From assembly GCA_043228905.1 (NCBI GenBank), contig JBHGNT010000010.1, positions 4,712,001 to 4,776,000 on the forward strand: 64,000 nucleotides of DNA, written 5' to 3'. The notes under the pieces were generated by a model that was given only the letters and a program-made list of their open reading frames with translations, searched no databases and was not told the DNA's origin. A program made the position numbers and the translations under genes. This stretch comes from Azolla caroliniana (lineage: Eukaryota; Plantae; Polypodiophyta). Positions 52,101 to 61,193 of the stretch are shown here, piece after piece; position 1 is the stretch's first letter, and each line of letters starts with the position of its first letter.

Positions 52101-52754
52101 CATCCCCGGTGGTGCGTCCTTGAAACCCCAGAAGTGTCCACAAATCCTTGCGCGGAGGATCGTTTGGAGCGGTTACGCAAGATACAAGCGGATTTATCTA
52201 CTCAACTCCAGCAAGCTCAACAATCACACAAGGACTACGCAGATCGTCATCGACTTCCATCCAGTTTTAACATTGGAGATCGGGTGTGGCTGCTACGACG
52301 ACACATCAAGACTACTCGCCCATGTGAGAAGTTGGATTATCGGCGATTAGGTCCTTTCCGTATTATCGGGAAGATTAATGATGTTGCTTTTCGTCTCGAG
52401 CTACCTCCGCAACTTCGGATACATCCGGTGTTTCATAGTTCTCTCCTCGAACCCTATCACGAGAGCACTATCCCAGGACGTACTATACAACCACCACCTC
52501 CTATCGAGCTCGAAGATGGACCTGAATATGAGGTCGCTGCCATCCTCGATTCCAAGATTGTTCGCAACAAGCTCTACTATCTAGTCGATTGGCTAGGATA
52601 TAGTCCCAGCGAGCGTACTTGGGAACCGATCGAGAATGTGACCAATGCTCGTGCTCTTCTAGAAGACTTCCATCGACGATATCCCGAGAAACCGGGTCCT
52701 CAATCCAAAACGACTCGTGGAACTCGTCGTTTTAAAGGGGGGATAGTGTCATAA
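49143..52754 (+). CDS. pol: Pol of element D (protease-RT-RNase H-integrase-chromodomain), in the -1 frame relative to gag
   Basis: Frame is open from 49143 and overlaps the end of gag. Motifs: LLDSGA, YLDD, EADASD...ELLAI...SDHKNL, HHCC + DFITDL...SDRG...AERTNQ, GPF, chromodomain EYEVAAILDS...LVDWLGY...TWEP. Confidence 0.95.
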   Translation, partial: PIRRRVKRLSPAKIGAVWLDSPRSVQPISGSIPSKQVSDVFVAQVAVSTKSTPPVHTLALLDSGANSCFMDRNFARAHQISLRKLPCPASVVVIDGRPIASGNIIEESEPVNIVLDNLTCVVSFNIISIPEHPIVLGLPWFELHNPDIDWRTREIRLQQTQGPTQKVATISLRQLRKEGRKEEMFLFAISVQPSSTTKEESTVQLPEKYRQYADVFDKVQANTLPHHQPYDCAIDLQPGKEPPWGPIYNLSPTELEVLRAYIEENLENGFIRHSKSPAGAPIFFVKKKDGSLRLVVDYRGLNKVTVRNRYALPLISSLLERINGARFFTKIDLRGAYNLVRIRPGDEWKTAFRTRYGHFEYTVMPFGLTNAPAVFQHMANDIFRDLLDDFLIIYLDDLLVYSKTQEEHDSHVLLVLKRLREHGLYAKLEKCSFGCNQVEFLGYVISSEGISMDPAKVKTVIEWHTPHSVRDVQCFLGFANFYRKFIQNYSKIVLPLTQLTRKGQSFIWSKETDMAFESLKKAFTSAPILGHVDPEKPFIIEADASDFALGSILSQQGNDEKLHPVAFHSRKFDAAEINYEIHDKELLAIVDSFMQWRHFLEGSPHQVTVFSDHKNLAYFQDARVLNRRQARWAHFLTRFDFKITYRPGKHQGKADALSRRSYLTPRPGEPAFDNQKQVILGPARLQAAQVFDIPVDSDITNTIREDLKTDAFAQAILAQIDPSRASCSQSQSPGTDYRQFKYCDGLLFFKELLYVPNGSCRLRVVQNCHDTYTAGHFGSTKTLDLVQRSFWWPRMRQFVEDFVRTCDTCCRAKMPRHHPYGLLEPLPIPSKPWQSIALDFITDLPVSKGFSAILTVVDRYTKMAHFLPCTKEISSEDTAEIVMREVCRHHGLPDNIISDRGPQFVSKFWKHLFKMLKVTCNLSSGYHPQTDGQAERTNQTLEQYLRCFLNYHQNDWADILQFAEFAYNNAIHASTKVTPFYAYTGYHPRWCVLETPEVSTNPCAEDRLERLRKIQADLSTQLQQAQQSHKDYADRHRLPSSFNIGDRVWLLRRHIKTTRPCEKLDYRRLGPFRIIGKINDVAFRLELPPQLRIHPVFHSSLLEPYHESTIPGRTIQPPPPIELEDGPEYEVAAILDSKIVRNKLYYLVDWLGYSPSERTWEPIENVTNARALLEDFHRRYPEKPGPQSKTTRGTRRFKGGIVS

Positions 52755-53032
52755 CTAGACTCGAACCCATAACCTTTTGTTACACGGGTCGAGACTTTAC
52801 CATTAGGTTATGAATTGTAATTTGAAGGATATTATTTTTATTTAGGTTTTATTGGGAAATTGATGTATATTCCAGATTTCTCTGGAACATTCTAGAAACT
52901 TCAGGAGTATTCCTGAAGACACTATAAAAGGAGGCGCAAGGCATTAGTTCGAACCAAATCGGTTCAACGCCAGTCTTAAGCCTTCTAACTACTGTTGTAT
53001 ATCTTCCTTCATATAATACATATATCTTTCGC

Positions 53033-53102
<70 letters not shown>

Positions 53103-56100
53103 ACTCATTCCTTCTCTCAAAGTTCGACACCTCTCATAGTACTAATCCTTCTCTGTCTTAGTACTATTCCCCAACAATAGTACTAATCCTTCTTTTAGTA
53201 CTAATTCCTTCTCTGCCTTAATAGAGTTCCTGACAGTAGCATTATGTCGGTGAACCGGTGCCCTATGCCAGCTGGATTTCATAAACTTGGGTCCGATGCG
53301 ACCCCTTTTATCCGCTCCTCGCTGCCCTCCGGCAAGGGTGCCGCGTCTGGCCTCACCTTCCGGTCCACAGTCTTGTATTTCGTATCCACGCGAGCCGTCC
53401 GATCCGACCCGATCCTTTCCCCGAAGTCTGCGATGACTTCGTACATTCCCATTGACCCTACTAGAATGGTCCAATCTTCCTTAAGGTCTTCACCAATCAC
53501 CTTTCGTAGTTCGCCGAAGGTGTCGTCAAAAGAGACCGCCTCCACGGCGCCGTTGATGTCCTCGTCGGGGAAGAGGACTCCGCATCCCCTGAGCCACTCC
53601 TCCGCTCGCTTCCTCTCCCTGCCACTGACGTTGGTTATAGTACAACCTCCGCTGTCGGAGAACCAAAATTTTCTACATATGGTACAGGTCTTCTTCCGTA
53701 TTGTACATTTGTGGGGTTCTTCCCGAGTGTCCGGACTATCGCGGCCTCATGCCTTGATAGCCCTTTCTAAAAATCCCCTCGGGTTTCGCTGCCGAGGGCC
53801 TCGTGGTTACGCTCGTGGTTTGGTCGCACCGTTAGGAACTGGACCGAGTGACCCCCGTCCTGGCTCTTGACTCTTGCATAGGCTAAACCGTTGTCCAACA
53901 CCTTGGTCTCCATCCGTGCCGCCGTGATATATGGTTCTCCTAGTATAACCGGATGCGAGGACGTCTCCTGCACGAAGAAGTGATGGTCGATCTCGACATC
54001 GCCGATTTTCACCCGTACGTTCGGAAAGGCCCCATTTAGTTCTTCCGTGGCGTGCGTCGCTGCCCGTATCTTCTAGCCATGCTTGGTGTTGATCGGCCAT
54101 TTACCCTTCTTGTAGAAATCCATGGACATCAGGTTGATTTCGGATCCATGGTCTACCAACGCCACCACCGGTTCCAGAACTTTGCCGATCCGTACAGGGG
54201 TTTCCGTAGTTGCCCTGGCCCAATGCGGTTTCGTGTAGTGGCTTCCCGCTAGCTCATATTCCAGGGCTCCGTCTTCCAGGTGCGTGGTCCGCACTTCCAC
54301 CGACTTCTCCGGTTCCGGCTCCGTCGAGAGCCTCTTCCGCTTCACCAAGTCTACGATAGAGTCGTGGAACTCCCTCTTGGCGATTCCCAGCACCTCCCGC
54401 AACGACAGCTCCACTTTACTGTCGAGGATTCGCTCTTCAAGGACCTTCCGTAGGTCCGTTGCTCTCTCGATTTCGGTGCTCAACCGAAACCCCGCCTGCT
54501 TCTTCCCATCCGGCACGCCTGGGTTGTCGGCACCGGTCGGTTTCGATCCGAACCGGGTCTCATACCTCGGGGGGCCAACCCCTCCTGCCTTTCCTGCCCG
54601 TTTGTCCTCCACTAGAACCTCGTAGTTCTGGCAAGCGGCTTCTACGAAGCCCGTTTTCTCTTCGACTTGATCGTCCCAACCGGTGACCTCCTGGACCCGT
54701 TGTTCCGCGCGGTCCGCCTCTTCCTTCCTTAGCCGAACTCCGGAGAGGCCTTCTAGCACTAGCGGCCAGAATCCGGAGTCCTTCGCCTTCCGGGTCTCAT
54801 CACCCCCGACCCGAATTCCCGCCGACACTGAGTAGTTAACGGCTTCGACGTGCCATGCCGCGGCCTCTTCCATCAACCTCTTCATTCCGCCGCGCCCCGT
54901 ATTCAGTTCTAGGGCTCTCCGGGTCTCGCTCGCATGCACCCGCCCGTTCCAGAGGTACACCACGTTGGTCCTGAGCGCGTCGGCGAAATCCGCGCAATCC
55001 TTCCGAATGTGACCGATCGCGTCACACCACATGCACCGCTGCCCAGCTGGCAGCCTCCGATCGCGAGGTTGTTCACCGCTGTCTCTTTGGGCCTGTGCGA
55101 TCTGTAGGTCGCGCACCATCTGTGTTAGCTCCTCCAGAGCCGCTCCTCCGGATGGGCCTCTGACCATGTCTTCGATGCCGACCTTGACTCCGGCCAGATT
55201 CGGGTCTCTTCCTTACTCCCAGCCAGGACCGAAACCGGCTCCTCGAGCCTCCTCCTCGGGACTGGCCCCGGCCCCGACGTGCTTCCGTCGCTCCAATCGC
55301 GTTGTTTGTCGAAACGGTTGCAGACCCGTTTTACCACGGCCTAGTCCGTCGTGAGCCCTTCGTCCATTTCCAATAGGGGACCCACCTTTTCCCTGTCAAG
55401 CGCATCCACCGACTTGACAAACAACAGTACTCAACTTGTTTCGAGCACCGTCCGGTCTAGCGTCGACAGCCACGCGAACCGTTTTTCGAACTCCTGGAGG
55501 AGCACCGACGTGTTCCTCCCTTTTCTAGGGCTTTCCACCCACGCCATGAAGTCCCACCTCGACAGCCGGAGCGAGTCGTCAAACCCGTACTTCTCGAGGA
55601 GCTGCAGCTCGAACTCCTCCCAAGTTTGGCATCCGGCCAGCACCTCGAGCACCTCCGCATGGATGCCCGGCGTCACCACCCGAGGGAATTCGGACAGCCG
55701 CCTGTCCACCGGGATATCCCTCATGATCATCTCGGCCTGGTAAGCCTCCAAATAACTTGTGGCGTCTTTCCCTCCGAAACGGCCTATAGAGCCGACGATC
55801 GATTCAATGGCTCTATCGAGGGTACCCGTTCCCTCACGAGCGCTCACCAGCCGGTCGACGACCACTGCCATTGCCTCTGCTAGCTCCGATCCCCTCATCT
55901 TTCGACTCCTTTGCCGCCCTTTCACGTCGGGTTCACCAAATATGTCGCGTTGTTACATGCGTACGTGTAGAAAGGGGCGGGTCCACGGGGGTCTTGGACC
56001 GAGGAGCGAGAGAGAGAGAGACAGAGATAGAGATTCATAGACACGTAGAAGCGAGAAGCGAGAAGGAGAGATATAGAACGTAACACTTAATTACAATGAC

Positions 56101-57937
56101 AAGAGATTACAAACTCCGACGGTTACAACCGACAAGGCGGCGACGGACCCAACACGGGGACCCTACTCACGCACACCGACGACAGTCACACGACTCCTAG
56201 AAACAAAAGGGGGAAAAGGAGAGACTCTGCTGGAAGCACATGGGGTGTCCCCGAAGCAGAGGTAGCGAACTCCCGACACCCGCAGAGAATGACGGCTGGC
56301 CGAGAAGAGAGAGGCTTCCCACCCAGATCTGCAGCAGCACCCCTCCTCCCTCGCGCGCGATACCCCTTTTTCTCTTGTCCTATTCCCTTTATTCCCTGTC
56401 CCTCTGGCAGCGATACGCACAATCCCCCCCCCTAATAAATGCGTGCGGCTTAGTATTTATCTCCACCGATTCGTGTACAAAATACCAAGTCACGCGTCCA
56501 TCCGTGTAAGGGCCGGTTTATGCGCTTTCTCTCCGTTTCCACCTATGGCCGGTTTTCTTCACGACAGCGGTCCCCAATTTATGTCTCATTTCTGGAAACG
56601 CCTCTTCCAGACACTTGGAACTTCTACAAAATTTTCGATAGCCTTCCATCCTGAGATAGATGGACAAACGGAAGGAGTGAATAAGATTCTAGAGCAATAT
56701 CTTCGATGTATGATAAGTTATTAACAAGATGATTGGATCAAATTTCTTCCAATGGCTGAGTTCGCCTACAACAATACTCTCCACACATCAACTAGTGTAA
56801 CACCCTTCTTCGCAAACTATGGGTTCCATCCACGCTTTAACATAGCTATCCCGGCTGGTTCTGTGAATCCATCTACTGAAGAACGAGCTTGTCTGATGAA
56901 AGAAGTGCACCATGACCTATCCCTTGAACTCTCCATTGCTCAAGAACGACACAAAGAGAAGGCTAAACGACATCGGCGGGATGCACCTAGTTTTAAAGTC
57001 AGCGACATGGTCTGGCTATTACAACAACATATTCCGACTACTCGTCCATGCAACAAACTTGATTACAAAAAATTGGGTATGTTCCAAATTGTTGACAAAG
57101 TCAACCCCGTAGCTTTTCGTCTTGCTCTTCCATCACACTACCGAATTCACAATGTCTTCCATGCATCTCTTCTTGAGCTCTACCATCCATCCTCAATTCC
57201 AGGAAGAAGCATGGAGCCGCCACCCCTTGTGGCATTGGCAACCGGGGATGAGTATGAAGTCAAGACCATTCTAGACTCGCGCAAGAGCCGACGAAATCTC
57301 CAGTATTTGGTCTTGTGGAAAGGATATCCCATTTCTGAGGCCACATGGGAGCCTACAAAAAATTTACTCAATGCCCCAGATGTGGTTCATGATTTTCATC
57401 TCCGATATCCTCACAAACCTGCACCTTCTTGAAGTTGGCGCTTAAGGGGAGGATAATGTCATGAACATCGAGTCGAATTCAAGCCTTAGGTCCTTGTATA
57501 TATATATTTCTCCTAGAAAGACTTTAGACTTTAAACCTTTGTATAAAGAGCGGTATGTAAGACCGGGTATGTAAGACTTAGTATGTAAGACTCAATATGT
57601 AAGACTTGGCATGCAAGAATCAGTATGCTTAATATTATAGTATGTATGACTTGGCATGAGCATGCTTATCATGCATCACTATATGTATAAAAAGGGTTGA
57701 TCTCCCTTGTTAATATCAAGGAGATCAACACCAGTCATGGAATAGATATTCGTACTCATTGTCATCAACTTATCTATCTCTCTATCTCATCAACTTACCC
57801 ATCTCTTTGTCTTCCAATTGTTCATCCGTGACAGTGAGTCCCACACACTCCCTTCCTCTCTGTATTAATCCTCATAATACTTTCTTCCTCTATCTCTAGT
57901 ACTAAGTCCCTCTTTGTCTTTAGTATTATTCCTGACA

Positions 57938-59590
57938 CAAACTCTTCAGAATCAACTGATTGTTCTAGATTGTCCTCATTAGCATCTTCGGTACATGCAA
58001 CTGAATTATAGATTTGTTCGAACTATGATACGTCTTCTAAGTCGACAAGGTCCCCTGCTTCTTCATCTATTGATCCATTGGTTCTCTAGATGTCATCTGG
58101 AAACCTCTCAGTTTCATTGATATGCTTTGCTCCAACTTCTTGGTCTTGATCAGGATAATCCCAGATACCCTGGATCCTCATTTTGATGAAGTTGAATTGT
58201 TCACAATCCTTCTCCAATGCAACACAATTCTCGAACATCTTTAGTGCACATGCTGTAGTAGTGCCTGTCAAAAAACAAAATCATAGTCTATAACTTAATC
58301 TAAATTAATGTGATTAAACTTATATAATATACCTGTACAGGACAACAAATAAGAACCTGATCATTTGGGTTTGAGAAGAGCTCGATTAGGCGATTGATTA
58401 ATCTTTGCCGTTTTTGGTAGGGGTTCACAAGGCTCTTCTTGCAAGATACATGGCGTAGCTTCTTCGTCACAATTGGGCACATGATATAATTGACAACATT
58501 TCTTTCATTGATGTGTGCCTGAGCCTTCTTCTCTGTACTTCAATCGTAGCAACCCATGCTAAGATGTTCAATTGCACTAACCATCCGATTGTTCAAAAAC
58601 ATCTTGTAGCTTACCAATGCATATGTTTTGTTGCATGACATCGTGACTTCAAAGAAATAGTGACTGATAATGATTGACCCATGATATGAATATTACGATC
58701 CTCCACAATGGTGCAAAGGGTCAACCCTGCCAAGTCTTTCACCATCTTCTCTATGTGGGGATATTTGTATGGCACATCATTGTACATGGATCTTGTGAAC
58801 CGGAATCCATACGGTATGTCAACAATAAGTATATCACCCACTTCCCCATTAAATACACCATAATATAGTTGTCGGAAAGGGTTGGCTCTATGCAAAAACT
58901 TTTAACAGGCTCTAAATCCTCTAGCACTTCTAACTCCTTTCCTTTAGTCATTCTCTTTTCATAGTTTGCACATTCCAAGTGCGTATACGCCTTCATTAGT
59001 GTTGTCTACTTTTTTTGAGTGAGGTGGTTTCTACAATTATCGATTTTATTCCGGAAATACCACGATAAACAAAGATTCCATTAAAAGTATAAAGACACAT
59101 ACCCATTCTCTAAATACAATGAAGAACTCTTCCAAAGCCTTATATGATGATGATGTTATTGGGCATGCATGTTCTACTTCTTCCCATGTTGGCAGGTTCA
59201 ATTTCTTCATCATCAATTCTTGCTAAAAAAGGTACAAAATATGAGGCTAGCCATCAAAGCAAACAACAAGTCAATCAAAGAACAACATATAACTTACTTT
59301 TGCAACTTGGTAACCATCTCATCTAAGCTAAACTCTTTGGTGGCCACTCGAGAAAGTATAGATATTAACAATATGTTATCTTTAATGCCTTGGAGCAACC
59401 ACCAAGGTAGTAGCTTCATATCTTCTGGCAACTCTTCAATAACCAAGTCACTTTTTCGTGACTTCAACTTCATCTCCACCCGCGGATCTAACTTCACCTT
59501 TTTGGCTCGTTGACCTTTCACTTCTTTATGCTCATGTTCACGAAGAACCGGCCGATCATTGTAGCAGCAACTTGCACAATTTGCATCACA
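57938..59590 (-). pseudogene. Intron-containing beta-class N6-adenine/N4-cytosine DNA methyltransferase-like pseudogene
   Basis: Motif IV-like ILIVDIPYG (DIPYG at 58806-58820) precedes motif X-like NPYQK...LIELFSNPNDQVL and motif I [D]LLSCTG|TT (needs a 1-nt repair; split by intron 58265-58332), then motif II-like CVALEKD. GT-AG introns ~59223-59297, 59031-59102 and 58265-58332. Several frameshifts and stops. Confidence 0.75.
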
Positions 59591-60314
59591 AAAGCTTTTT
59601 GATATGATCAATATCTACTAAATGCTCTCCTCCAATGACCAAGTCATCCACATATATTATGATAAATACATGTCCTCTAGATTCGCTCTGGATGAACAGA
59701 GAATTGTCAGACTTTGACATTTTAAAGCCGATTTGGTGAAGATATTATGTTATCTTCGAGTGTCAAGCTCTAGGTGCCTGCTTGAGGCCGTAGAGAGGCT
59801 TTTTGAGTCAATAGACAGCAGTCGGATGCGTACTCGACTTGAATCCGGGTGGTTGTACCATGTACACCTCTTCTAACTCGGCTTAAGAAGAAAGGCATTT
59901 TTGACATCCATATGATGGAGGCGCCACCCTTTTTCTGTTGCAAGCGTGATCACGGTCCGGATGGTTTTCACCCTACCACCGGGGCAAAGGTGTTGGGATT
60001 ACGGTCCCTCCGGATGGGATGGTCGGATGTCCGGATCCGGGTGATGAAGACCCCGGCTACGGAGCCGGATGATGAAGACCCCGACTACGGAGCCGGATGA
60101 TGAAGACCCCGGCTACGGAGCTGGATGACGAATGTACCCGGAGAGAGAGATCCGGATGCGGGGACATATTTGTGAATATGTTTGCCAAGGGCCCTTGAGG
60201 CTATATTTGTAAATAGCCCGAAAGTCATATGTGTATAAATATGACTTAGGGCAAACAGTTTTGTGTTGTTACTCATTTTTCTGGTTTTCCACTCAAGGGG
60301 AGCTAAGTGAGCAG

Positions 60315-60366
<52 letters not shown>

Positions 60367-61190
60367 CGAAGAGGTCGTTGCCTATGTGTGTTACCGCCGC
60401 CTGTGGCGAAGACAGTGAGCTCAAGGTTGTTGCCTTGTAGCTTCACCATTGTACATCTCTGTTTATAGTGATAGTTGGAGTTTGAGGACTCCCGTGGTTT
60501 TTCCCATTTAGGGTTTTCCACGTAAAACATCCTGTGTACTCTTCTCTCTATTGTCTTCGTGCATTTTGTATTTCCTGTTTTTCTGTGAGTTGATCCTATT
60601 CCTCGGTGGTGGCCGAGCACTGTGTTCAACAAAAGGTCTCTTCATAATCGACCCCATGTGTCTACGCATACCCTTTCGCAACAAAGCGGTCCTTATACCG
60701 ATTGACGGTGTCGTCGGCATTATGCTTCACCTTGAATATCCACGGACATCCGATTGCCATTTGGTGGGGTGAAGAGGGGAAAAGATCCCATGTATCATTT
60801 TTAGAGAATTCTTGCATCTCCTCATTCATCACTTCGACCTCTCGCGGGTCCTTAGCAGCTTCGGAAAAAATATCAGCTCCCGGACTGTCACCACCTTCAT
60901 CATGAATGCATAATGATATGCTATGTAGTCGTTGTAGCCGAATCAGTTGATCACGTTCTTCTCTCGGGTGGATCGACAGAGTTGTTCACTCATCTTCGTG
61001 AACACTTTCTTGGCTCCTAGTGTCCTTATGATAGTTACATCCAATCCACCATACTCATTCTTGAGTGACTGAGCTGATTCGTTTCCATTTGAGTCTTTGT
61101 ACTCAGGCATTCTGGCCTTCCCTTTGTCTATTTTTGGACTTTGGCCACGACGTACTTGGGTCGCTTGGAGGCTCATGTGGTTCACTTAAC
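59590..61190 (-). mobile_element. Truncated, degenerate Ty1/Copia (INT-RT linker and RT)
   Basis: LCRSTREK linker; RFVAKGYA*THGVDYEETF|APVV; HMDVKNAFL; VYMVQPPGF; LYGLKQAPRA; IYVDDLVI. Split by a solo LTR. Confidence 0.88.
59991..60631 (+). mobile_element. Solo LTR related to the LTRs of Copia E
   Basis: TGTTG...CAACA termini, TSD AAAGG (59986-59990, 60632-60636). Shares ggctacgg/ccggatga repeats and gttttccacgt with the reverse complement of the E LTR. Confidence 0.9.
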
Positions 61191-61193
61191 CTA

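Larger units (their letters stand above)
47461..53235 (+). mobile_element. Element D: intact, very recent chromoviral (Tcn1-like) Ty3/Gypsy inserted in C
   Basis: LTRs 47461-47921 and 52747-53235, identical by eye except for (TC)n length. TSD GTAGC, PPT aaaggggggata. Uninterrupted gag and pol. Confidence 0.97.
43828..56566 (-). mobile_element. Element C: non-chromoviral Ty3/Gypsy with tRNA-Trp PBS and 4-bp TSD, inserted in the integrase of B
   Basis: LTRs 55943-56566 (5') and 43828-44458 (3'). PBS TGGTGAACCCGACGTGA (55921-55938). gag with CMWCDAIGHIRKDC, protease VDHGSEIN, RT DLYSGYNQF/LPQGGTN/FLDD, RNase H DTSPTGIG...IETDC, integrase HESPWAGH...CESC...WFGPY. TSD GCGG. Confidence 0.93.
39458..57833 (+). 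mobile_element. Element B: chromoviral Ty3/Gypsy inserted in the 3' LTR of A
   Basis: LTRs 39458-39820 and 57457-57833, TSD GTGAG. gag 39867-40808 (CLYCGGPGHLIRSC), protease LLDSGAT, decayed RT (YLDD) and RNase H. Integrase split by element C at SDR|GPQF. Chromodomain EYEVKTILDSR...LVLWKGY...TWEP. PPT aaggggaggata. Confidence 0.95.
26348..57937 (+). mobile_element. Element A: old chromoviral (Tcn1/Tf1-sushi-like) Ty3/Gypsy LTR retrotransposon, host of the nest
   Basis: 5' LTR 26348-27373. 3' LTR starts at 39042/39145, is split by element B at 39457/57834 and ends at 57937. Decayed gag ~27450-28586 (EPKIGLPTKFDG, CLYCGGPRHIAVNC), protease LLDSEANSCF, RT/RNase H/integrase 35860-38800, chromodomain EYEVAAILDSK. 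PPT aaagggggggata. No TSD seen (tggat vs caaac). Confidence 0.9.
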
